64,000 nt of DNA from Microbacteriaceae bacterium. GTDB taxonomy: Bacteria; Actinomycetota; Actinomycetes; Actinomycetales; Microbacteriaceae. The notes under the pieces are model-generated. The model saw nothing but the letters and a program-made list of their open reading frames with translations, was not told where the DNA came from and searched no databases. Made by a program: the position numbers and the translations under genes. The first letter of the stretch is position 1. Every line of letters starts with the position of its first letter. Location: assembly GCA_030841285.1 (NCBI GenBank), contig JAVECW010000071.1:1176-65175 (forward strand), written 5' to 3'. Below are positions 29,658 to 38,807 of the stretch, in pieces.

Positions 29658-31220
29658 ATGGCTACTTTCGGAACACTGTCTGACCGTCTCGCAGACACCT
29701 TCAAGAACCTCCGCACCAAGGGCAAGCTCTCCGCTGCGGACGTCGACGGCACGGTCCGCGAGATCCGTCGCGCACTGCTCGATGCGGATGTCGCCCTCGA
29801 GGTCGTCAAGGAGTTCACCGGTGCCGTCCGCGAGCGTGCGCTCGGCGATGAGGTGAGCAAGGCGCTCAACCCGGCCCAGCAGGTCGTGCAGATCGTCAAC
29901 GAGGAACTCGTGAGCATCCTCGGCGGCCAGCAGCGCAGACTCGAGTTCGCCAAGAAGCCGCCGACAGTGATCATGCTCGCCGGCCTCCAGGGAGCGGGCA
30001 AGACGACTCTCGCCGGCAAGCTCGCCAAGTGGCTGGCCAAGGACGGCCACACTCCCGTGCTCGTCGCGGCGGACCTCCAGCGCCCCAACGCGGTGACCCA
30101 GCTGCAGATCGTGGGCGAGCAGGCGGGCGTGCCCGTCTACGCGCCGGAGCCAGGAAATGGCACCGGGAACCCGATCAAGGTAGCGAGGGACGGCGTGAAG
30201 TTCGCCGAAACCAAGCTGTACGACGTCGTCATCGTCGACACGGCCGGCCGCCTCGGTGTCGACGCCGAGCTCATGAAGCAGGCGTCGGACATCCGTAACG
30301 CCATCGACCCCGACGAGGTGCTCTTCGTCATCGACGCCATGATCGGCCAGGACGCCGTCGCAACCGCGAAGGCATTCCAGGACGGCGTCGACTTCACGGG
30401 CGTGGTGCTCTCCAAGCTCGACGGTGACGCCCGCGGTGGTGCTGCGCTCTCGGTCGCATCCGTGACGGGCCGCCCGATCATCTTCGCGTCGACGGGTGAG
30501 AACCTGGACGATTTCGAACCGTTCTACCCGGATCGCATGGCGAGCCGCATCCTCGATCTCGGTGACATCCTCACCCTCATCGAGCAGGCGCAGGGGGCCT
30601 TCGACGAGGAGGAAGCGCGTAAGGTCGCCGAGAAGTTCGCGACGGACACCTTCACTCTCGACGACTTCCTCAAGCAGATGCAACAGCTGCGCAACATGGG
30701 CTCCATCAAGAAGATGATGGGCATGCTTCCTGGCGCCGGCGCCATGAAGCAGCAGCTCGACAACTTCGACGAGAAGGAGATCGTGCGCACCGAAGCGATC
30801 ATCCAGTCGATGACGAAGTCGGAGCGGACGAACCCGAAGCTCCTGAACGGATCGCGCCGCCTGCGCATCGCGCGTGGTTCTGGCATGACCGTGACGGATG
30901 TCAACCAGCTCGTCACGCGGTTCGAGCAGGCCGCGAAGATGATGAAGACCGTCGCCAAGGGCGGCGTTCCTAACGTGCCGGGCATGGGGCCGATTCCCGG
31001 TGCCGGCTTCGGTGGCGGGCGCGGCAAGCAGCAGGCGAAGAAGAAGGGCTCGCGCTCCGGCAACCCGGCCAAGCGCGCAGCAGAGAATGCCGCGCTCGCG
31101 AGCGGAGTCACCCCCGCGGCGACGGGGGGCGGATCGGGGTTCGGGCTCGGCGGGGCGGCACAGGCAGGTGGCCCGTCGGAGGAAGAGCTTGCGTCACTGC
31201 AGAAGTTCCTCGGCCGCTAG
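29658..31220 (+). CDS. ffh: signal recognition particle protein Ffh
   Basis: 520 aa. Motifs GLQGAGKTT, DTAGRL, SKLDGDARGG. Met-rich M domain and a Gly-rich tail. Confidence 0.96.
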   Translation: MATFGTLSDRLADTFKNLRTKGKLSAADVDGTVREIRRALLDADVALEVVKEFTGAVRERALGDEVSKALNPAQQVVQIVNEELVSILGGQQRRLEFAKKPPTVIMLAGLQGAGKTTLAGKLAKWLAKDGHTPVLVAADLQRPNAVTQLQIVGEQAGVPVYAPEPGNGTGNPIKVARDGVKFAETKLYDVVIVDTAGRLGVDAELMKQASDIRNAIDPDEVLFVIDAMIGQDAVATAKAFQDGVDFTGVVLSKLDGDARGGAALSVASVTGRPIIFASTGENLDDFEPFYPDRMASRILDLGDILTLIEQAQGAFDEEEARKVAEKFATDTFTLDDFLKQMQQLRNMGSIKKMMGMLPGAGAMKQQLDNFDEKEIVRTEAIIQSMTKSERTNPKLLNGSRRLRIARGSGMTVTDVNQLVTRFEQAAKMMKTVAKGGVPNVPGMGPIPGAGFGGGRGKQQAKKKGSRSGNPAKRAAENAALASGVTPAATGGGSGFGLGGAAQAGGPSEEELASLQKFLGR

Positions 31221-31252
31221 CGCGTTTCGCGATAGCGCGCGGATGTGGTGCG

Positions 31253-31933
31253 CTAGGGGTGGACGCCCGCGTTCTTCAGCGCGGCGTTGACCGCCTGGGC
31301 GACGGCGTCGTATCCGGCTTGCGTGTAGTGCACGGTGTCTGGCTGCATCCATTCCGGATGCCCGTAGACCGGCTCTCCGATGTCCACATAGGTTCCCCCG
31401 GCGGCCGTGACTGCATCGGCGAGATCGTTGCTGATCTCGGAGAGCTCGCTTGGAGCCTCTCCGTCATTCCAAATCGCATTAAGGCCGGCGATCGTGGCCC
31501 CAGGAAGGGCGGCGCGAAGGCGGTTCATGGTCGCCGTCATCTCGGCCTTCAAGGTGGCCTGGTTCGAACCGAGGTCGTTGCTGCTTGCGGGGACGATAAC
31601 GAGCGAGGGATGTGCTGCGACGGCGCGAGCGACCATGTCGTTGTAGGTTCCGCAGTCGCCGCGGGCGACGAATCCGGCGCCGGAGCAGCTGACGTTGACC
31701 CCGTCCCAGTTCTCCTCGCTCGATAGCGTGACTGGCCAGGCCTGGGAGGGCTGCACGAAAAGACCGGCGGTGAGTGAGTCACCAAGGAATGCAACGGCCG
31801 GGCGTGCAGCACTCGCAGTCGCGGTATTGGATGATCGCGCCGGACCGCTCGATGCGCTCGCGCTTGTGCACGCGGTGAGTGCGAGCGCTGCAAGCAGGGC
31901 GGGGAGAACGACGAGGGTCCGTGGTGGTCTCAT
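31253..31933 (-). CDS. SGNH/GDSL-family hydrolase lipoprotein
   Basis: Signal peptide plus lipobox (LALTAC). Block I FLGDSLTAG with catalytic Ser. 226 aa. Confidence 0.8.
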   Translation of the reverse strand: MRPPRTLVVLPALLAALALTACTSASASSGPARSSNTATASAARPAVAFLGDSLTAGLFVQPSQAWPVTLSSEENWDGVNVSCSGAGFVARGDCGTYNDMVARAVAAHPSLVIVPASSNDLGSNQATLKAEMTATMNRLRAALPGATIAGLNAIWNDGEAPSELSEISNDLADAVTAAGGTYVDIGEPVYGHPEWMQPDTVHYTQAGYDAVAQAVNAALKNAGVHP

Positions 31934-31986
31934 AGCACCATCAGCCTAGTTCGGGTGTGTTTCCGGTTCGTCGCAGACGATTCACC

Positions 31987-33123
31987 TCACGACCCGATCC
32001 CGTGCCGCAGCTCGAGGGTCAGGGCGCGCACAACGGCCAGCAGGCTCCCGCCGTTCTCCGCCGCCACCCGAAGCTGGCGCTGGTAGCTAGCACCGTGCTC
32101 GAAGATGTAGTTGACCTGGTCCAGCTCGGCTTCGCAGCCGAGGCGTTCAGCGACGGGCGCGAGCGTGACCAGGAGGTCTCGGATCTCATCGGCCACGGGG
32201 CGCTGGTTCCCCGTTCGGTCGACGATGATGTTCGCGTCCATCCCGTACCGCGCTGCACGCCACTTGTTCTCACGCACGAACCACGGCTGTAGCGTCGGGG
32301 GAGTCCTGCCAGCGTCGAGGTCGCTCGACATGTGCTCGACAAGGCAGTGGATGAGCGCGGCGACCGCGCCGATCTCCTCGGCGGTCGACAGGCCGTCGCA
32401 CGCACGCATTTCGAGCGTTCCCCAGTGCGGAGATGGGCGGATGTCCCATCGCACTTCGGTGTAGTCCTTGAGCACGCCCGTCGTGATCAGATCGCCGATG
32501 TACCCCTCGTATCCCTCCCAGTCGTCGAACTGCCACGGCAGGCCGGCGGTCGGCAGCTGTTGGAACATGAGCGCGCGATTGGAGGCGTATCCGGTCTCCG
32601 CGCCACTCCAGTACGGACTCGACGCGCTCAGGGCCTGCAGGTGCGGGTAGTAGCGGAGCAGGCCGCCGAGAAGCGGAAGCACCTTCGCCCGATCCTCGAT
32701 TCCGACGTGCACGTGGATGCCCCAGATCATCATCTGGCGGCCCCACCACTGCGTGCGGTCGATCAGGCGCTTGTATCGGTCAGACGGCCAGACCTTCTGG
32801 TCGTACCACTGGGCGAACGGATGCGTTCCAGCGCACATGAGCTCGACCCCGAGCGGGTCGGTGATCGCGCGCACCTCGTCAATCTGGTCGCGCAGGTCGT
32901 CGACCGCCGCTCCGACGCTGTGGTGCACGCGCGTGACGAGCTCGACCGTGTTGCAGAGGAGTTCGTGGGTGATCTGCGGATGCGGGGTTCCGTCGGGCTG
33001 GGCGAGAGCATCCAGAACCACTTCGGAAACCTGGACGAGGTTGCCCGTCGCTTGGTCGACCATCGCGATTTCCCACTCGATTCCGACTGTCGAGCGCTCG
33101 GACGATGCGAAGTCGATCTGCAT
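31987..33123 (-). CDS. carboxylate-amine ligase, glutamate-cysteine ligase family 2 (YbdK-like)
   Basis: 378 aa. N-terminus STVGIEWEIAMVD and the GCS2-type pattern HVHVGI... Confidence 0.88.
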   Translation of the reverse strand: MQIDFASSERSTVGIEWEIAMVDQATGNLVQVSEVVLDALAQPDGTPHPQITHELLCNTVELVTRVHHSVGAAVDDLRDQIDEVRAITDPLGVELMCAGTHPFAQWYDQKVWPSDRYKRLIDRTQWWGRQMMIWGIHVHVGIEDRAKVLPLLGGLLRYYPHLQALSASSPYWSGAETGYASNRALMFQQLPTAGLPWQFDDWEGYEGYIGDLITTGVLKDYTEVRWDIRPSPHWGTLEMRACDGLSTAEEIGAVAALIHCLVEHMSSDLDAGRTPPTLQPWFVRENKWRAARYGMDANIIVDRTGNQRPVADEIRDLLVTLAPVAERLGCEAELDQVNYIFEHGASYQRQLRVAAENGGSLLAVVRALTLELRHGIGS

Positions 33124-33306
33124 GTGCGCCGCCCGTTCAGTCGATTCTTCAAAGAGCGTGGATATCTGACAGAATAGCTAGTTGAGTTCTGTTCCGCCTG
33201 ACCCTCTAATCCGGCGAGAGAGAACACCCATTAGACCTCCTGCCGAGTGTGCCCCCACGCTCACGGCAGTCAGTTCGTCAAAACACTCATACAACACAGG
33301 AGAATT

Positions 33307-33792
33307 GTGGCTGTCAAAATTCGTTTGAAGCGCCTCGGCAAGATCCGCGCGCCCTACTACCGCATCGTCGTCGCCGACTCTCGCACAAAGCGCGATGGTC
33401 GCGTGATCGAGGAGATCGGCAAGTACCACCCCACCGAGGAGCCCTCGCTGATCGAGGTCAACTCCGAGCGTGCGCAGTACTGGCTCAGCGTCGGCGCCCA
33501 GCCGACCGAGCAGGTTGCCGCACTCCTCAAGCTCACGGGCGACTGGGGCCAGTTCAAGGGCGACAAGAAGGCCGTCAGCACGGTCAAGACCAAGGAAGCC
33601 AAGGTCGAGTTCGTCGCCGACGAGAAGAAGAAGCCTGTGCTCAAGCCCAAGGCTGAGAAGCCTGCGGTTGTCGCAGCCGAGGCAGCGGCTGTCGTCGAGG
33701 CTGAGGTCGTCGCCGAGGAGGCCGCAGAGGCCGAGGTCGTCGAGGCTGCCGAGGAGATCACCGAGGCCGCCGCTGACGCAGAGAAGGCCTAG
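33307..33792 (+). CDS. rpsP: 30S ribosomal protein S16 with Ala/Glu-rich C-terminal extension
   Basis: GTG 33307 follows ACAGGAGA. (M)[31 protein letters not shown]. Roughly 80 extra C-terminal residues of low complexity. Confidence 0.93.
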   Translation: MAVKIRLKRLGKIRAPYYRIVVADSRTKRDGRVIEEIGKYHPTEEPSLIEVNSERAQYWLSVGAQPTEQVAALLKLTGDWGQFKGDKKAVSTVKTKEAKVEFVADEKKKPVLKPKAEKPAVVAAEAAAVVEAEVVAEEAAEAEVVEAAEEITEAAADAEKA

Positions 33793-33795
33793 GTC

Positions 33796-34032
33796 TTGCT
33801 CGCTCCCGCTCTCGAACACCTCGTCAAGGGGATTGTCGATCACCCTGCTGACGTGCACGTCGTAGCAAAGAATTCCCCCCGCGGTGAGGTCCTCGAGGTT
33901 CGTGTGAACCCCGAGGACCTCGGCAGGGTCATCGGTCGTGCCGGGCGCACCGCGAAGGCGTTGCGTACGCTCGTGACCGCTCTCGCCGACGGCCGCCGCG
34001 TACGCGTCGACGTCGTCGACACTGATTTCTAA
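33796..34032 (+). CDS. KH-domain RNA-binding protein (YlqC-like)
   Basis: 78 aa, TTG start. GRVIGRAGRTAKALRTL KH (GXXG) motif. Conserved position between rpsP and rimM. Confidence 0.85.
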   Translation: MLAPALEHLVKGIVDHPADVHVVAKNSPRGEVLEVRVNPEDLGRVIGRAGRTAKALRTLVTALADGRRVRVDVVDTDF

Positions 34033-34033
34033 G

Positions 34034-34615
34034 GTGGATCCGAAGAAATCGGCAGAGACCCAACTGCGGGTCGGTCGCCTCACCAAGGCTCACGGCCTCA
34101 AGGGAGCGATCAAGCTCGAGCTGTTCACGGATACCCCGGAGCAACGTTTTACTCCGGGGGCCGTGTTCACTCTTCAGGTTCCAACTGAGTCGAAATGGCA
34201 CGGCAGGACGCTCGAGCTCGCCGAGTTGCGCTGGTACAACGGGCATCCGGTCGGGTTCTTCAAGGGCGTCGATGATCGCTCCGAGGCCGAGACGCTCATC
34301 AAGGCGATCCTCTGGGTCAACCAGGATCCGGCCGAACTTCCCGAGGAAGAGGACGCCTGGTACGACCACCAGCTGGTCGGGCTCAAGGCGCTTCGTGACG
34401 GTGAGCTCGTCGGGCTCGTCGCGCGCGTCGATCACCTTCCAGCCCAGGATCTGCTCGCCATCGCGACGGACCGGGGCGAAGTGCTTGTACCGTTCGTCAA
34501 GGCCATTGTTCCCGCTGTCGACATCGAGGCGGGCACCGTGACGCTCACTCCGCCCCCCGGCCTGCTCGAGGAGCTCCCGGACGACGACGAGCCGACAGAC
34601 TCGCCAACCCCCTGA
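34034..34615 (+). CDS. rimM: 16S rRNA processing protein RimM
   Basis: 193 aa. LRVGRLTKAHGLKGAIKLE N-terminus and a PRC-barrel C-terminus. Typical synteny. Confidence 0.9.
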   Translation: MDPKKSAETQLRVGRLTKAHGLKGAIKLELFTDTPEQRFTPGAVFTLQVPTESKWHGRTLELAELRWYNGHPVGFFKGVDDRSEAETLIKAILWVNQDPAELPEEEDAWYDHQLVGLKALRDGELVGLVARVDHLPAQDLLAIATDRGEVLVPFVKAIVPAVDIEAGTVTLTPPPGLLEELPDDDEPTDSPTP

Positions 34616-34645
34616 GCCGCGGTGCCGCCGCATAGAATTCCCCCC

Positions 34646-35395
34646 ATGCGCATCGACATCGTCACGATCTTCCCCGAGTTCTTCGATGTGCTCGACATCT
34701 CGCTGCTTGGCAAGGCGCGCCAGAGCGGCCTGATCGACCTCGGCGTGCGCAACCTGCGCGACCATGCACACGACAGACACCGCACCGTCGACGACACCCC
34801 GTACGGCGGTGGGGCAGGCATGGTCATGAAGCCGGAGCCGTGGGGTGAGGCGCTTGACGGCATCCTTCGACCGCGGACGGATGCCGAATACGCGACCGAC
34901 GGCGCGGATGCTCCTACCCCGCTCGTGATCTTCCCCTCTCCTGCCGGCGAGGTCTTCACGCAGGCGATGGCGCGCGAACTCGCGACCGAAGAACACCTGG
35001 TCTTCGGATGCGGCCGCTACGAGGGAATCGACCAGCGCGTCTTCGACGACACGGCCACGCGCGCCAGGGTTCGCCTCGTGAGCCTGGGCGACTACGTGCT
35101 GAATGGCGGTGAGGTTGCCGTCATGGCCATGATCGAGGCGATCGGGCGACTGATCCCAGGGGTCGTCGGCAACCCCGAGAGTCTTGTCCAGGAATCCCAC
35201 GAGAACGGACTGCTCGAGTACCCGAGCTATACGAAGCCGGCCGAGTGGCGTGGGCATGAGGTTCCGCCCGTGCTCCTGAGCGGAAACCACGGTGCGATCG
35301 CCGCCTGGCGCCACGAGCAGCAGCTCGAGCGCACCCGCCGCGTGCGCCCCGATCTGTTGCCGCCCGAGAGTACACATGCAGAGAGCGCGCCCTGA
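34646..35395 (+). CDS. trmD: tRNA (guanine37-N1)-methyltransferase
   Basis: ORF 34622-35395 trimmed to ATG 34646 ([13 protein letters not shown]). [14 protein letters not shown] and [11 protein letters not shown] motifs. Confidence 0.94.
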   Translation: MRIDIVTIFPEFFDVLDISLLGKARQSGLIDLGVRNLRDHAHDRHRTVDDTPYGGGAGMVMKPEPWGEALDGILRPRTDAEYATDGADAPTPLVIFPSPAGEVFTQAMARELATEEHLVFGCGRYEGIDQRVFDDTATRARVRLVSLGDYVLNGGEVAVMAMIEAIGRLIPGVVGNPESLVQESHENGLLEYPSYTKPAEWRGHEVPPVLLSGNHGAIAAWRHEQQLERTRRVRPDLLPPESTHAESAP

Positions 35396-35441
35396 GCGAA
35401 CGCCCAGCCATCTCGCGTCGGAACGTGCCTAGGCTGATGGC

Positions 35442-35924
35442 ATGATTCTTCGCCGAGCGTTCTATTGGTGGCAGTTTCCCGCCGCCATCGTGCTTCCGCT
35501 CTGGCTGCTGGTCGGCTGGGGATTCTTCGGCTCTGGCGGATGGACCTTCCTCGGACTTCTCGTCGCAGCTCCCATCCTCTTCCTCGCGATGCTTGCGATC
35601 GGCGGCATCGTCTATGCGCGCAAGAGTGTGCGCTCGTCGAAGTCGGTGTCGTGGACGGATGTCGGCCTGCTTGCCGCCTGGCACGCATCCATCATCGCGT
35701 TCGGGTTCTACGGGCCGGCCGCGGGCGGAGTCGCCGTCGTCGGCATCCTGATCGGTCTCGCCGCCTTCTGGCTCACGCTCCGGGAGTTCCTCGCGGAGAC
35801 GAGCCGGCGCCTCAAGAGCACCATCGACGCCTACCAGCAGGCGGCGCAGCCGCGTGAGGTTCGCTATCCGAGTGGTGGCGGCGCAGAGGGCCACGTGATC
35901 GTCGTGGAGGAGCAGCGCGACTAG
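35442..35924 (+). CDS. hypothetical membrane protein (4 predicted TM helices)
   Basis: 160-aa ORF with four hydrophobic segments. No recognised motif. Inserted between trmD and rplS. Confidence 0.55.
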   Translation: MILRRAFYWWQFPAAIVLPLWLLVGWGFFGSGGWTFLGLLVAAPILFLAMLAIGGIVYARKSVRSSKSVSWTDVGLLAAWHASIIAFGFYGPAAGGVAVVGILIGLAAFWLTLREFLAETSRRLKSTIDAYQQAAQPREVRYPSGGGAEGHVIVVEEQRD

Positions 35925-35980
35925 CTTTGGCAAAGCGCGGCAATTCATGACAGAATTGTCATTTGTGCCGCGGCCGGGCT

Positions 35981-36089
35981 CTGCCACAGGGGAGCCAGCA
36001 GTCATCGCAGGCATCCCATAACTGACAATCCATGGTTTTCTTCCGTGCGCGCACGGCGAAAACCCGAGTCCGTCCTCGACCTGTGGCGG
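35981..36089 (+). promoter_or_regulatory. candidate structured 5' leader of rplS
   Basis: CTGCCACAGG (35981-35990) can pair with CCTGTGGCGG (36080-36089; 9 Watson-Crick pairs plus 1 G-U). This encloses a strong hairpin, GGTTTTC..CCGTGCG/CGCACGG..GAAAACC (36034-36064). The structure ends 20 nt before ATG 36109. Confidence 0.3.
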
Positions 36090-36108
36090 GTACAGAGAGC
36101 GAAGAACA

Positions 36109-36456
36109 ATGCACATTCTTGACCAGTTGGATGCCGCCTCCCTCAAGCAGGACATCCCGGACTTCCGTGCCGGTGACACCGTGAGGGTTCACGTCAACAT
36201 CGTTGAGGGTACCCGCTCTCGTATCCAGGTCTTCCAGGGCGTCGTCATCGGCCGTTCGGGCGAAGGCGTGCGCGAGACCTTCACCGTTCGCAAGGTGAGC
36301 TTCCAGGTCGGCGTCGAGCGTACCTTCCCGGTGCACTCGCCCATCATCGACCACATCGAGATCGTCACGCGCGGTGACGTCCGTCGCGCCAAGCTGTACT
36401 ACCTGCGCGACCTGCGTGGCAAGAAGGCCAAGATCAAGGAAAAGCGCGAGAGCTAG
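36109..36456 (+). CDS. rplS: 50S ribosomal protein L19
   Basis: 115 aa. Motifs [14 protein letters not shown] and [19 protein letters not shown]. Confidence 0.96.
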   Translation: MHILDQLDAASLKQDIPDFRAGDTVRVHVNIVEGTRSRIQVFQGVVIGRSGEGVRETFTVRKVSFQVGVERTFPVHSPIIDHIEIVTRGDVRRAKLYYLRDLRGKKAKIKEKRES

Positions 36457-36495
36457 ACGCCACAGGCGCCTCTCAGACCGCTTTCGGTCAAACCG

Positions 36496-36529
36496 GAGCT
36501 CCCGATCCCATAAACTGGGTCGGGAGCTC
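36496..36529 (+). terminator. hairpin downstream of rplS (13-bp stem including one G-U, 8-nt loop, no U tract)
   Basis: GAGCTCCCGATCC (36496-36508) pairs with GGGTCGGGAGCTC (36517-36529). Lies between the rplS stop and the lepB start. Confidence 0.4.
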
Positions 36530-36539
36530 AGGCGGTTAA

Positions 36540-37286
36540 ATGACGGAAGATATTTTGCCCACTCGGTCAGACCGCGTGGAAATCAGTAAGCGTAGAAAAC
36601 AGCGCAGTGTCAAGCTTTTCGTTCGTGACATCCTCGTCATTTTCGTCGTTGCGGTTCTCGTTTCCTTCCTCATCAAGACCTTCCTGGTGCGGTCGTTCTA
36701 CATTCCGTCCGAATCGATGATGGACACTCTCCACGTCAACGACCGGATCATCGTCAACGAGCTCGAGCCCTCGCTCATCCCCATCCAGCGTGGCGATGTC
36801 GTGGTCTTCCGCGACCCGGGCGGATGGCTGCCACCGAGCCTTCCCCCGGCACAGACCCCGCTCGCCGCGGCGGTGGATGGCGCGCTCGCCTTCGTCGGAC
36901 TGTCTGCGCCTGACAGCAACGACCACTTGATCAAGCGGGTGATCGGACTCCCCGGCGATCACGTGACCTGCTGCAATGCGCTCGGGCAGATGAGTGTCAA
37001 CGGGGTGCCGCTGAACGAGCCATACGTCGTGCTGCCCGCCGGCGCGCAGGCGGTATCCGCGATCTCCTTCGATGTGACCGTACCGCGAGGATCGTTGTGG
37101 GTCATGGGGGATAACCGCTACAACTCGGCGGATTCCCGCTACAACAGGAGCAAGCCGGGCAATGGCTTCGTCCCGATCTCGAATGTCGTTGGGCGTGCGC
37201 TCGTGATCAGCTGGCCGGTCAGCCACTGGACCTGGCTCGACAACTATCCTGTCGTCTTCGGCGGAGTCCAGGCGGGTCAGAAATAG
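36540..37286 (+). CDS. lepB: signal peptidase I
   Basis: N-terminal TM helix. Catalytic Ser box IPSESMMDTL, Lys box KRVIGLPGD, and GDNRYNSADSR. Confidence 0.92.
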   Translation: MTEDILPTRSDRVEISKRRKQRSVKLFVRDILVIFVVAVLVSFLIKTFLVRSFYIPSESMMDTLHVNDRIIVNELEPSLIPIQRGDVVVFRDPGGWLPPSLPPAQTPLAAAVDGALAFVGLSAPDSNDHLIKRVIGLPGDHVTCCNALGQMSVNGVPLNEPYVVLPAGAQAVSAISFDVTVPRGSLWVMGDNRYNSADSRYNRSKPGNGFVPISNVVGRALVISWPVSHWTWLDNYPVVFGGVQAGQK

Positions 37287-37945
37287 TGGTCGCAGAACCG
37301 ACTCTCGATGTCGAGCGTTCGTTGCACGAGTCCGGCGTTCGCTGGATTATCGGATGCGACGAAGTCGGCCGGGGCGCGCTTGCCGGCCCCGTCGCCGTTG
37401 GCATGGCGCTCGTTGATGCAGCGGTCGGCCCGATTCCCGTGGGCTTGCGGGATTCGAAACTACTGAGCGAGCCGCGCCGTGAGGCTCTCGCTCCGCTGTG
37501 CGTCGAGTGGGTCTCGTATTCGGCCGTCGGGCTGGCCTCCGCCGATGAGGTCGACGCGCTGGGGATCACGGCGTGCCTCGGGCTTGCGGGCAAGCGGGCG
37601 CTCGCGCTCCTGCACGAGCAGGGAGCGGACATCCTCGGCAGCACCGTGCTGCTCGACGGGCACCACGACTGGCTGAACCCCGCGCTCACCGGCAAGCTCG
37701 CCGTCGTGACCAGGATCAAGGCGGACCGGGATTGCGCATCCGTCTCTGCAGCAGCCGTCATCGCGAAGGTGCACAGGGACCGGCTGATGATCGAGCGCGA
37801 TGCCCTGACGCCGGGCTACGGCTGGGCGGGGAACAAGGGTTATGGCAGCGCGGAGCACCTCGCTGCGATCGCGGAACTCGGCCCGAGCGACTTCCACCGC
37901 AGGAGCTGGCTGAAGAGCCCTGCGGCCCTTACGCAACCGGCATAG
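37286..37945 (+). CDS. rnhB: ribonuclease HII
   Basis: GTG shares a base with the lepB stop. GCDEVGRGALAGPV active-site motif. 219 aa. Confidence 0.92.
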   Translation: MVAEPTLDVERSLHESGVRWIIGCDEVGRGALAGPVAVGMALVDAAVGPIPVGLRDSKLLSEPRREALAPLCVEWVSYSAVGLASADEVDALGITACLGLAGKRALALLHEQGADILGSTVLLDGHHDWLNPALTGKLAVVTRIKADRDCASVSAAAVIAKVHRDRLMIERDALTPGYGWAGNKGYGSAEHLAAIAELGPSDFHRRSWLKSPAALTQPA

Positions 37946-37957
37946 AATTGACGAACG

Positions 37958-38281
37958 ATGGATGACGACGAGTTCGACGACTATGACCGTGAGGTCGAGC
38001 TGGCTTTGTATCGCGAGTACCGCGATGTCGTCGCACAGTTCAAGTACGTGATCGAGACCGAGCGGCGGTTCTACCTCGCCAACGAGGTGGATTTCGTGCG
38101 CCGCGACACCGAGCATGACTTCTACTTCGAGCTGACGATGAGCGATGTGTGGGTGTGGGACGTCTACCGTTCCGACCGCTTCGTGAAGTCGGTGCGCGTC
38201 TTGACATTCAAGGACGTCAACATCGAGGAGCTCTCGACCAAGGACTTCGAGCTGCCCAAGGAACTCGCCCTCGACGAATAG
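37958..38281 (+). CDS. DUF2469 domain-containing protein
   Basis: 107 aa. Acidic N-terminus followed by ELALYREYRDVV...FYLANEV. Conserved actinobacterial position after rnhB. Confidence 0.85.
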   Translation: MDDDEFDDYDREVELALYREYRDVVAQFKYVIETERRFYLANEVDFVRRDTEHDFYFELTMSDVWVWDVYRSDRFVKSVRVLTFKDVNIEELSTKDFELPKELALDE

Positions 38282-38416
38282 GCCATTCTCGTAGCGGTTC
38301 GTTGCACCCGCTACGTCTCCTGCACGGTCCCGCCCTGCACGGTCTTTCCAACAGATGGATCCGTCGCTCCTTGGCGCCCGCTGCGCCTGCGCCACTCTCG
38401 GTGGTGGGAGGCAGAG

Positions 38417-38773
38417 ATGGCTGCGAAGGACACACTCGGCAGACAGGGCGAGTTGCTTGCCACCCGCTTCCTGGAGGCGAATGGCTACCGGGTGATCGAG
38501 CGTAACTGGCGATGCAGCCAGGGCGAGATCGACGTCGTCGCCGAGCGGGGTGGCGAGACCGTCTTCGTCGAGGTCAAGACACGGTCATCGGTGGCGTTCG
38601 GGCATCCGTTCGAGGCCATCACGGTGAGCAAGCTGGCCAGGTTGCGTCGTCTCGCCGCCGCCTGGTGTGAACAACAGGGCACCGCGCCGCGGCGGATCCG
38701 CATCGACGCGATCGCGGTGGTCGCCCCGCACGATGAGCCGGCCGTCATCGAACACCTTCAGGGCGTCTTCTAA
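38417..38773 (+). CDS. YraN-family (UPF0102) endonuclease-like protein
   Basis: 118 aa. GEIDVVAERGGETVFVEVKTR restriction-endonuclease-like core. Confidence 0.88.
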   Translation: MAAKDTLGRQGELLATRFLEANGYRVIERNWRCSQGEIDVVAERGGETVFVEVKTRSSVAFGHPFEAITVSKLARLRRLAAAWCEQQGTAPRRIRIDAIAVVAPHDEPAVIEHLQGVF

Positions 38774-38807
38774 TGCCCCGGTGTCGTCTAATGACCGGCG
38801 TCTTCTG

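Noticed and set aside
33929-35377. 482-aa minus-strand ORF opposite rimM/trmD, and similar ORFs opposite recG, ftsY/ffh, tsf, liv and glg genes
   Set aside because: This is the same artefact. The sense-strand genes carry clear family motifs, while the antisense products are compositionally odd and have no start context.
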